A DNA stretch of 64,000 bases from Somniosus microcephalus (taxonomy: Eukaryota). Positions within the stretch are counted from its first letter, which is position 1, and each line of letters opens with the position of its first letter. Location of the stretch: the NCBI GenBank assembly GCA_052327205.1, contig CM126225.1, forward strand, positions 6,510,001-6,574,000, in the 5' to 3' direction. Shown here piece by piece: positions 50,662-63,100 of this stretch. The position numbers and the translations under genes are program-made. Under the pieces are notes generated by a model. The model did no database searches, had not been told where the DNA came from, and worked only from the letters and a program-made list of their open reading frames with translations.

Positions 50662-51076
50662 CTGTGCTGGGACAGTTGTTATTTTTTTGCTTGGAGTTTT
50701 GCCGTGACTCTTTCATCCATGGGAATATCTGCTTGGTGAGGCTGGGTGTGGAGGTGTGGGAAGACTTGGGCAGAGTCTTGCTGGTGCCTGGCTGTGTCGA
50801 GTTGCTGCTGGGGTTTTGGGGAGGTGAGACAGGTGGAGGTTGGCGGTGCTCGGGGAGGTTCGAACGCATGCAGCTCCCATTGATGTCTTTAGATTTGGGA
50901 TGCGGAGCACTGGTGCCAGCTGGCTGAAGGGAACAGGCCGACCTCTGATAATCACTTTCAACGTGAGAAGATGGTGGATAGGGTTCCTGCGCCACTTCAT
51001 AGCTGAAACCATTTGCTCCCTGGTATGTGTATCCACCGAATAGAGTACAGTTGTCGTAGTATGTCGTTTTTTGCAT
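50662..51076 (-). CDS. hoxb3: HoxB3 first coding exon
   Basis: [15 protein letters not shown]-terminus and hexapeptide [13 protein letters not shown]. Donor G|GTACAC, 415 nt, phase 1. Syntenic with B1 and B2. Confidence 0.93.
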
Positions 51077-51332
51077 CTCGCAGTTTCCCAATATTTATTT
51101 CACAAACTGTCAGGGTCCTGACACCCTTATCGAATAACATTGGCACCCCGATTCACGTGACGTTTTCTTCCAATAGCCTCCTGGCAGTTGACCTAAGGTT
51201 AGAAGAACCACAGAATAATAGTGGAACGGGTGTGGATCCATCTTACACATTCAAAAGCAAATGACATGAATAGCTTTCACCAAACAGGCAGCGCAGATGC
51301 CATGGCTGATCCTGATTCCTGGCTATTTGGGA

Positions 51333-51360
51333 CTGTAGAGGACGAGAAGGGGGGGAAAAA
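51333..51360 (-). other. Splice acceptor opening the HoxB3 first coding exon; implies upstream non-coding exon(s)
   Basis: Long pyrimidine tract ending ctctacag|TCCC (exon would start at 51332). Hox3 genes are known to have spliced 5' leaders. Confidence 0.55.
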
Positions 51361-54115
51361 CCCACTCTCGCTTTGAGCTCTGGTCGAAAACGACCAATTT
51401 ATATAGCCATCTGCAAAACTATTTTAATAGAGATCAGATTCGGCATTAGCTCACAGCTAAATTCTTTTGGTTTAGGCAATGTTCCAAAAATGATAATTAT
51501 TTATGAAAAAACTTCAGACAAACTCGGGTTTGCTATCTCACAGGCAGTTTCATAAACTTTCACAATCAGCCCAGTTAAAATACACCCCAAAAAATTTCGT
51601 CCCATTTGATTTTATTGCCCCTTGCTTGATTAAGTGCCATGCTGTCAATATTCTAGATTAAAAATCTGACCTACCGCCTAAAATTAGGTTTACATTTATT
51701 GATATGAAACGGAGCTGCCAAAGTCTCAACATTTAAACGTACAGCGAACATGGCGGGATGAGATTTCCCCTGAAAACATCTGGTTTAAATAGAAGGAAAC
51801 TTATGGATGTTTCAGTAGCCATGTATTCAAACTCTAATCTGAAACACACTTTTATAGCCACCATAATTTCTTGCTTAACGCGGCAATCTAAAATTCACAT
51901 CTCTCTTTACTGCTAAAAGGCCCTGATAATGTCGGCGAAAATCGCAGGAAAATCACACAAATTATGTAGGGCTAAGAAACAATCAAAACGACCATTAAAT
52001 ACACAGGAATCAGACTCTCTTAACCATTTGATTTAAGTTTGGTTACATGGCATTCTGAATATATATATGCATATGTATTTAACGTGGCCTTTTAGAATGT
52101 ATTACTTTGTCAAGGCGAAGGTGAAGAAGTAAGTGCTTTTGTTTCTGCCTTTCTGTGCCCATGTGTAAACTGGATACTGGTTTTGGACGGCTCATGCTTA
52201 GCCTTGCGGCGATATTTTTGGACCCTTTTCCTCTTCCCCGCCACAGCTTTAACTATCCATGATGGATCGACAAAGTATTTCAAACCTGAAAAACAGGGGT
52301 TTGTGTTCTCTATGACCAGCATTTGAACCTTTCTCTTAACCAAGAAACAAAACGGATAATAGGTACTGTCTTGGAAGGTGCTCTATAGTTTGATGTATGA
52401 GGGGGTCAGCCGACCAATAAAGATTTTTTTTGTGTAAAAAAAATCGGGCCAAGGACTCCCGGAGCGGCTCAAACGCAGAGAGTAAACGGCGAGACGGCCC
52501 CGGCACAATCCCGACACTCCTAAAATATGCAGGCTTTTCACTTCTGCTCCACACTCGCACCGCAATTTAAAATTTCTGTTTTAAGCACAGTTTCAGATTG
52601 ATGTACCTTCTTTTTTTAAAAAAATGATCCGAAGCAATTGCCAGAATTATAAACCGCACAGCAGAAACTCGGCGAGAAACGTTCGAGAACCGCCGCGTTC
52701 TTTCTAAAACTTGCACGTATTTCCAATTTTTATATAATATATATATTACTCGTCATTTCGAAATGTTAATTTTGGTGTCTGGTGCTGATTAATTATAGTG
52801 TAAAACAAAATTATTAGATTAAATGCAAACACCTTACAATGCAAATGCCTGCCTATGTCGCATGCAATACTTCTCTCCCGTGTTAAATAGGATTTAATAT
52901 TTATAAAGAGACTAATGTTTTTTTTTATAGTTTAATTCAGCGAAGGATTCACTGTCAGACGATACGGCGTTGGAAATATATTAAAGATCTGTCTTTCTGA
53001 AAGAGAGAATTAAAATGTGTTCACAAAATCGATTTTTGCTTCATGGAATGTTTATTATGGTATAGGCTCTCACACTTCGCGCTAAAATTATATTTAATTT
53101 ATTCAGAGTAAACTAGCCAAGTAAAAGGTTGAAAAATGTATTTAAAATATCAAAACAAAGCATTCATTCAAATCAATGCACATTTCTGGGAAAGGAAAAC
53201 GGAATGGATTTCTAAAAAATATATATAACGCCGTCATTTACGGGCTCCGTGATTCGAAATACATACTTTAAAAATGGTAACATCGAATTTTATAATTCTG
53301 TAGTTTACAGCTCTGCTCATGTGTACTTCGCGGGGTTACAGGCGGTAGTCGGATAATAGCTTTGTTCTGTAAGGCAGGGCCAGAGTTCCTTATTATTTAC
53401 AATCAGAAGTTAAAATACACACTGAAATTTCAGGCTTTTCATTCAAGGCCGGGCCAGAGCAATATCATTTTCCCCCTTTGCCACAGAGAGAAAACGTTGT
53501 AAAGTTTTATTTACCAATACACACACACAAAATGATAAAATCTAATAAAATGACCCGTCTTCAGCTGGGTGCCACGGCTGCACTTAAGGAAGCTCCAGAC
53601 ACTAACGGAGCTGAAGCGCGCCACTAAAACTAGAATTTTACAGCAAAATAAATGGACGTTTCTATTTCAAGTGGTGCTTTGAGAAACATTGAACAAAGCC
53701 AGAAAAGTCAGGCGCGCTCCAGTCGCCGTTTGCCACCATGTTTCGGAGAAACACAGAGGCTTGAGGAGTAATGTGCTAAGATTTCTCTCTCCATAATCCG
53801 GACACACGGTACCTGCAGCCCCCAAGCCCTCGCAGTGCTATATAAGCGAAGGGGCCGTTTGATTGCCCAAAATGTGTAAAATATACAGAAAAGAACCATC
53901 CTAGCTAATGGGACAACAATAGGGGAAGTCGTCATACACCTTAAATTATAGAGCACCGTAAGACGCCCACGTAAATATGTCTCAAATCACAACTGAGAGC
54001 TTGGTTTTGAAAAATACTCCAAATTAGCCCCCCAAAAAAGGCACAGGGAACGGGTTCCGTGTTGAATTCAGATGCAATGTGTAACAGTCGCTGCGTGAAA
54101 GGAAGCTATAGCTTG

Positions 54116-54132
54116 TGAACTCTTCTTGAACC
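54116..54132 (-). promoter_or_regulatory. DR5 RARE upstream of HoxB3
   Basis: Perfect GGTTCA-agaag-AGTTCA, with Pbx/Hox site TGATTTATGAC at 54160-54150. Confidence 0.8.
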
Positions 54133-57100
54133 GAGATTGAAGTCATATGGTCATAAATCACTGGGACATATACTCCGCCATTCACGAGTGATAGCCTATT
54201 TGAGTCCAGCTTACCTTAGCCACTGACGATAGAAGCAGAGCCAGACATAATATTTCAGATTCACCACGCAATCGATAAGCAGGAGTTCCCAAATTCTTTT
54301 TTATACATATATAAAAAAAAGGAAGGATAAAACAGCTGGTTATGGCGCTGAAATTCACTCGTTGAAGGCAACGGCAAAGAAAGGCGAGATGGTACAGCTT
54401 CAAAGAACTGTAGAAAGCTCAAGGCTTGAATGGACAGCCCTGATATTATTGAGCCCTAGACTGGTACGCCCTGCTCACAGATAACAATGGTTTCTCAGCT
54501 CTACAGGGCAGAGTGAACTAGAAAGAAAACCCATATATTCGGTATGTTTGTTATGAATCTATATATAGATATATACACAAAATATTAAAAGCACGGTTTT
54601 AAGGGGAAAAATACGATTTCTTTCTTGAATGCTGGGCAGGCAACGAGTGTTAATCCCCTCGAAACACAGCGTCACAAGTGAAAAATTATGCTAATTAGCG
54701 ACGTGGTGGACAAGGCCCAGACTGGGATGCCAAGCTCGCTATTTGCTTCACGTGTTTGGCAATTATGTGTCAGTTTATGCTAATATATTTTTCCGGCGAA
54801 GTGAAACCTTTCGCCAGCCAAAATATTATTAATGCAAGATATAATAATAATAATCATAAAAAAGTGAACTTCACATTACACAACTCCGCGAAGAAATACA
54901 TTTCCCTCTATCCGCATTGTTTACTTAACTCGTGGTCCGAATCATTAATTAATAATTTATTCATGACCCCCAAAAAAAACTTTTGTTCCAGACTGGGTGC
55001 GGTAGAAGGAAAAGAAAATGGACGCAGCGAAGGGGAGGAAGGAGGAGGGGGGGATAATTCTGTTGTATTTAACATAGGGCAACGCACTAGATGCAACAGC
55101 CTCTCTCTAAACTTTTAATGTGGGTTGTGTGTTGAACTTGCTTGGACACTTATGGTGATTTTTAAAAAATTAAAATAAAAAAAATGCTCTCCCGACAATG
55201 GAGAGAGAATTGTCACATGAGTGAAAGCCAATGGAAAAAGAATTTGGAACTTAAGCTCTTTTTTATGCATGCCACTGCTTCTGTCGTTTATGGCCGCGTA
55301 AGATTTATGACTTCATGGCACCATAGCTGTAAACAGTGCAAAAGGGATAGATGTTGCACTAGTTAGGTACATGAAAGGAGAGCTTGTACGGCGTAGGAGG
55401 AAGACGGGCGAAAGAATCTACAACTCTGCAACTTTTTAACGCCTTCATACTATTCTTTTATTTTTTTTGCAAACTATGTCTTTTTTTGGGTTTGTTAAAG
55501 AAGCAATTCAGAGGTCCGAGGCCCTCGTCAATGCTTCACTTCTGTTCGGAATAAGTGAGAGGAAAGGTTGATTTTTTTTAACGTGCAGTGATTTTTCTAC
55601 AACACACTGATCAGCTGCCAAATGTATAACTTCACAAAGTGAGACTCGGATTCTGGCCGTCTAAGAAACAAGTTCCTCCCGCTTAGAAGCAGGACAGGCT
55701 AAAGAATGTCAGACAGTATCGTATGTTATTTTTTCCATCGCGAGGTGGCTGAATATATAACTTTGCAACTTTGCAACTTGTATAACTGGACGATTTCTCA
55801 CTTTTTCCTGCACCTATTGTTTTGCCTGTAAACTCCTTCCGCGACTGGGGGAAGATTCAATTTCACTTCGGTGATCTCAACAATGAACTTTTTTTTTAAC
55901 ATCTGCTTCTAGATGGAAACCATATTTTGAAAATAGAGGTTTTAATTTGATCTTTTATGTGGTGGTAAGATTTTTTTAAAGTACCAAGTATAATTGAAAA
56001 TGCTAACACAATTGCAAAATGTGTCTGTATTATGCTTGTAGAACAAGTGATTCCAGATCGTTGCCAACAAAATATCTGATTTTAATCTAAATCGGACCTT
56101 AACAAAAAAAACTTTAGCAATTGAAAACTTTGCATGCGGTATTAAGGAGTTATGTAGCTTGAACAATGTGCATAGTATACACCTCTGTATAATTTATGTC
56201 TGTTTATCTAACGATAGCTTTATCTTTCTATCTATCTATCTATCTGTTAATAAACAGGACGCTGAACTGTGGGAAATGGTTCAGGTGTTAAATAAATATA
56301 GTCTGACTTACCGCAATAATGCTGCTAGTTCCCGATCCAAGGTATAGCTGCTGATGGGGTCTTTATAAAAAGCGAAGACTGCAAAAAGGAAAGAAAAAAG
56401 ACAAACCTTCGATCAAGGAAATCGTTACAAAATCGAATTCGTTGCACACGACCTCTGAGGAAATCGACAGAGTATTCGAGCAAATGACAGAAAGAAGCAA
56501 CAAAAAGTGGAGCGTCAGGAATTAGGAATACAATATGCATTATTAATAATATATTAGAAATGGGCACCCTAATGTGCTCAAATATAAACATTATTAAGTG
56601 TAAATACGTTTAACTTATATGTCGGTCTGCTCACCCAACCAGAATCTTGACATTATTAACTTAAGTAAAATGCTGTGTATATTTTTGAAATTGCTCATGT
56701 AATGGCATTTGTGCTTAATCATTAAATAAAGTTGTATTTCATATATGTTTGTGGTTTTCTTTCTCAAAGTGGTTGATAAATTAAATGTATATTTACCACC
56801 CTACATTTCACGGAGGGCACTTAATTGCCTTGTTTTAGTGTCTCCTAATTAATGGCAGTTTATCTTTAGTTAAAACACACAACATTTAGCCAGTTTTATT
56901 TAATATTTGGGTCAAATAGGCTTGTGGTTAAATGCCGGGCCTGCAACAAACATCATATATTAAAAATATACGTCATTTTAAGCGTTTCAAATTTCCAATG
57001 TGTCTTTATTTGTTATTTTACATTGAGCGGTAATACAAAATTCGAATGACGACATTGAATGATTTGAACATTGGATTCATATTATAAAATCAATTGTTTC

Positions 57101-60100
57101 ATTATATCCCAGCCCTCCTGTATAAAAAAAACTAAAGTAGGGTCGCTGATGTCTTTAATAGTGAAAATAATAACATTCTTTTGTGTATGGCTTCTGTTAT
57201 TGGTCTGGTGTAAAAAATTCGTTACATTTTGCCCCAAAAGGTAACAATTTCGGAAAGATTACGCGCACCAGGCTTTGTGACCTCCCAGTGTAAAAATGAT
57301 TTGTTTCATCCAAACGCGGCAACAGTTACGCGTGTTGAATCTGTAGCTTCGTTTACTATCGAATTACTTACATATATAAATATTTATAAATGGTTAAATG
57401 CGATTGGGAGAAACGGAGAAGTAATATAGTTCGACTAATGTTAATAATAAAGGTTAAGTACTTATATCTGACTAAACGCCAGCACCGTAACAGAACAAAG
57501 GAGAAAGACGGGGATACGGGTTAATGCAGGGATTCACCTGCTACTGAATAATAAACCAAAACCTTTCGTGTTTTCATATAAAACGTTAAAATGCGTTGAA
57601 TTATACATATATGTTAACTTTAATGGATTTCCGCGGTATTTATTCGTGGGCAGGATTCGAGCGGTGGGAGAAAAAGGGCTAGCTCTTCGCTGCTAAATTC
57701 ATAAATTATTTACCTTGTCTGGGAAACAAATGTTCATGAATCATTGGGTGTCATGAACGGCTATGTTTAAAATTCGTTTTATTTTCTTTTGCTAAATTAA
57801 TGTGAGGACTTTCAAAGAAAAAAAAAGGGGGACGGGAAAGAGTATTTCTATCAATGCATGAAGAGGGGTCTGACTCAGGAGTCCTGAATCCAACACACAC
57901 AGACTCACTCACATACGCGCGTTACAGTTGAGTAAAATGCATTGAGTATCGTTCGCCCCTTGAACTAATTTACAGTCTTTGAGTATCAGGAGGATATTTA
58001 AACATTTGCAGTTGGACTAAGTGGATAAAAAACTAAAGGAAAAGAAATAAAATATGTCTTGGCTCATTGTGACAGATATAAGCCTCTCTCTGAATGACCT
58101 TTCCTTGAATAGTAATAACTCACCACATTAATGATCAATCAACGGGACGGTTTGAAATGACTCCAAAATAACAATCCGTCCCACTATCCCGGGCTTTCTC
58201 TGCGATCGCATATAATCCTTTTATAAGAGATATTGGACGGCACGCATCTCTTCCCCCTGACCCGATTTGTTTTTTAAATGGCCTTCTGTAAATAATCTGA
58301 GTACTGACTGGGTGATCACAGCCCGGAGACACAGGCGAAGGCCTTCCATCCAAATGCCAGAGTAATACGCTTGGATTATGCATTCACGTGGTCAGTACGT
58401 CAACGTTTCCCCATTTTATACAGACTTTAGCAATTGTTAATTGAACTCTTCATTTTTTTTTAGTGTTGGATCGCTGAAACTTGCAGCTTCACGCATTTCA
58501 GAAACTTCTCTCTTTATAGCGGATGACGAGAGATACTCTACAATCTTATTTCGGTAGAAGCTGTTTGCAAAGGTAGGTTGTTTTTTTTTTTTAAAAACCA
58601 AAATGATATAATTAGCTTTTTCCAAGAAATCCAGGACAGGGACAGAATGAAGTTTGAGTAACTTTTTTTGCTGCTCACCACCACCCACCGCCCCCCCCCC
58701 CCTCTCTCCAGCTTTCTCTGTTAAGGCAAACCAGCAGTTTGAATTTTGAGAAAACAAGCGTTGCTGGGACGCCTGTTTTGGATCAGCACTGATAACCTGT
58801 GGTCTCCCCACTCTGCTCTGTAAAACGCCTGTGATAGTGGGCTTGGTTTTACACCCACGCACAGTCTTTCAAAGAAATGGGTGACTCCAAAATTAAACGC
58901 CTTATTTATTCTTAACAAGCAAAGGATTAGTTCACAGCAGAGCACGTCCTTTAGCAATGCGGTCATAGATCCGATAGTAAAATTAGCAGCATGCCTCTGA
59001 TTTAAGGAAGCCCTTTATGTTCATACTCGGTATATTTAATGTAAGCTACATGTAAACATATTTTTTTAGCATAATTCACATCATAATTTATGGAACAGTC
59101 GTAAAACATGTAATATATGCGTATATATATTACACCATGCTTACTAGTTTGTCTCTTTTATTTAGGTGTCGCTTGAATTGTGATTTCAAACAAGAACTAT
59201 TCATCAAATTGCAATGTGTTGGTGCGCTATGCACCCATCGGAATGTGTTCAGGCGTCTAATGTTAGGCCGGAGTGTTAAAATGTTTTTAAAAAATGTCGC
59301 CTTCATTAGATAATGTGTTCTTCCATATTTAAATAAATTTTTACTATAATAGTGAATGCCAGCCGTGCAAAACGTGTGACATAATGTACACTGGCGCGTT
59401 TCCAAATGTACCTTCTCATCTGACCTATTAATGCATAACTTGTGTTTAATGTGACACTTGACCTGCAACACAGTGACGTGCTATGGAGCGCTTTGCGCTC
59501 TGCAACTTGCCTTGTATCACTGCCTCTTCATTTTACTTTTCAAACGGCTGAGAAATTAAGGGAAACCTAAAAATAACACACTAAAATAAATAAAGATATT
59601 GATTTAAATTAACGAGAGCGCAGTTTTGGGGGTTTGAGAATGCCTGGCATGAGTCAGAGAGAGATCAATAGGGTTACTGTACAACTAGGAACAGAGGGCC
59701 TTTGATCTGCGAAGCTAAGCGGAATTACAGTGACAAACTCCTCGCTTAACTTGCTAGATAATGCACCAGGAGAGGCTGTGCAACAGGAAAGAGTTAATTT
59801 TAATAAGAGTAAAAAGAAGCGTTTTAATGCCACTGTCCTTTTAACAAATACTGTGCAGCCCAGCACATAGAAAGAACAGTTCGGCTTGAACTTAAGAATC
59901 TCTAAATGGCTTAGATTGTTTTGGCAGTCAACAAGAAAAAAAGGTATCGAGAAAAAAAATGACTCGAGTTTTCCAGTTTGCTGCATATTATCACCCATAA
60001 AAAGAGCCCTCTGCTGTAAAACAGTTAGTTCTGCTTGTGTGCCAAGAACGATAAAATTCAATTTGATTATTTCTAGATCCATTCTGACGCCTGCAGTTCA

Positions 60101-63100
60101 AACTATCTTCCTCGGCATACCAAACACTTGGTGCATTTTCATCTTGCTGGAGGCTGTCCGCAGCACGTAAAATGATTTGTTAAAAAAAGGGGGAGCGAGG
60201 AATTTAATGGAAAGCAATTTTCTGCGAACATCAAACGCCACCTTATCGCGGGTCGTCTATCTGGCTACAGATGCCTAAGGAAATGGAAGCCTATTAAAAC
60301 CTTTTCCGTTTAACAAAACGTTGTACTCCCATAAATGAGCGAATGGTCCAGCATTTTTTGTTGCTATTTTAAGGTGGCGCACGCTTTACCAGTGATAGTA
60401 AGTCACTCTGCTGTAGGCTAAAATAATTGCTATATTCTCCGCAGTGTTCAGTAAAACGGAAATCACCTTCAGATGGAATAAAAGTGGAGATGAAACAATT
60501 CTAGAAAGTTAAAAGAGACACATTTTCTCTCTCAATTTTTCAATTAAAAGGCCAAGAGATTGAGTTGAAGAACTTTAAAGCCGACCAACAGTCGATGGGA
60601 CTTTAGTTCGGGAACTTAAAAAGTCGCGAGTACAATAGGTAAACATTGTTTACCCAGGTCATAAATCATGTGCACATTCATCTGGAGGATAACACCCTAT
60701 ATAAAAATGCGTTTGAAGCTTCTTCCACGAACTCGGAGGTGTCAACAGCCATCAAAGGTAGACCCAAACCAAACGTTTAACTGTTTGTAAGATCTTTCGG
60801 AAGTTTGAGGAGGAAAAGAGTTTTCTGAAGTATTCTTCACCGCCTTCTGCAAAAAAGAGCACTATTATGGGGGGTTGGGGGGTTGGTGCGAGAGGCCACG
60901 TCTGTCTCAATCCGTTACACACAAAAAAGTCAGCAATAGTTCACGGAAACCAACCGGGGACCTCTCTCTCAGGTCAAGCTATGGGCCATTAATTATATCC
61001 ACCCTGGAATTCATGGCGAGCTGCAGAGGGGGGGGGGGGGGTTGTTTAAACTGCAGTTTCCGTGGTTCGCTTACCTGTTGGATCACTGCAATGGAACTTG
61101 GAAAAAGATCACTGAATTTGCTATTTCATCACAGGTGGTGGAGCTCAGCTCTACCCCCCCCCCTCCCCCCCACCCCCAGCCCACGGGAGGAAAAATGTTT
61201 ATTGGACTCTGGTAGATTTTTAAAAAATGCATTCTGGAAAATCTCGAGAGTGTCATCGAAAGAAGCATGGGCTATGACAGGAATGAATTCAACCAGCAGC
61301 AGTACTGGGAAGTTATATACAGCCGTTACACAACTAGGCCTCTGCCTGAACGGACTATCAGGAAAAACGCGAGTAGTTTGATTATTTCAGAAGCTTAATT
61401 CTGTATATGTTGTTCAAAAAGAACTCCAACAAAGACAATGTATTATTACAAATCCAACATGATTTAAAGATTGCTAATGGAGGCCAAACGACTACGCCAG
61501 AATGTTAAATGGAACACAAAATAACGATGTGAGTTAACGTGTCCAATAGGAGCTGGCCTGGTCGATGGATGTTGGAAATGACTGCTATATGAGCTCAGGG
61601 TTGGCAGAGCGACAGTAGCAGGACTCCTGCCTTTAAATACCGACCACGCTAATTAAATATGCTGTGATATATAGCAACGGACGACATTGAATAAAAGAGA
61701 TATAGAAAGAGAGAAAGAATGGGAGAGAAACATACAGAAAGGAAGATACAGAGGAGAAAGCAACAGCGAGAGAGAGAGAGAGAGAGTTAAATAAAGGCAA
61801 TGTTAGTTCCTGAGCACAATGATACAGTCGCACTATATCAATTTCCTAACAATGTCAATGTGATTTAAAAAATGATTACAGTCATTACTTTCAAGCAAAT
61901 AAACCTCAAACCTCTATGGAGTGCGAACAGGGCACCACCTTATCCTATTTTTGTTCTTGCAATTGCAACAATTTCGGACAATTGCTCCTTAGAGACCGAC
62001 CGCATTTCAACACAAAGGAATGGGAAAAACATGGAAAATTTGGCACCAGAAATACTAGCTTCTCGGCGATCTGAAGCTTTCATTGAAAAAACCCCCCAAT
62101 AATAACAATCAAAAATCATCATCACTATTAAAACAGATCTATATACCATTGGAGCCTTCAAGTGAATTGCGCCTCAAAATTTGTTTCGTTTTGTATTATC
62201 AGTGAAAGGTCAGAGGTTAGAGTTATTGCATTTTCACTTTTCTAATAGCCAGTCTGGGAGCAGGGAGCAGCAGCAATATAATTTATTACCTTGTCTTTAC
62301 TGGAGCTAATTTGATCGTTTGTTGAGAGGCGTTGAAACGCTATGAGTTGCAAAGTCAGGAACACTACATACCTACCTACAATGCTGATCGTTCAATTATA
62401 TATTCTTTTCTTTAAGAAAATATGTGCATTTATATTGAACATGTAAACTCACATTAACTGCGATTTTACTTATCTGGGCTATCTTTGTCAATGTTTACAA
62501 ATTTTAATTTACAAAAGATTACCAACGAAATAAGGCCTGTTTGTAGCATGGTATTTGTGACCTTATCGTGTGTATTTGATCCATTCTGAACATTAATTTT
62601 CCATTAAATGCTTTTTACAATCTTGTCCTTCTATGTATGAACAAATTATGTATGATTACGCCATCGGGGCCATTTTTAAAGGGCTATTTGTTTATACATT
62701 GTAGCGGTGTGTACTTTTTTGTGGTTCTTATCACCGTTCAAATATTAGGAAATATAAACGTGATTTCACCCTCGCCCACTCTTCTGCACGGTGCCCAGAT
62801 ATGTTATGGTAGAGTTCTCAAGGAAAAAAAGGTCGTAATTTTTCATCAATTTGAAATAGCCATGCACGGCCCAGCAAAATATATTAACAGGGAGAAGGGA
62901 CATGATTTATTATGAGGAGTATAATTACCTGTACATTAAATAGCCATCTTATGAGAGCAACGGTTACTCTCGAGTGTACGTAGGGTTGTTTCCTTACAAC
63001 CCGTAATGCATTATCATCCCGTTAAAAGGATTTTATTTAAAGTGTATCTGCCCAGTTTGAAGGATATCAACGCCAATGAACGATGTAAATAAGGGAGAGA

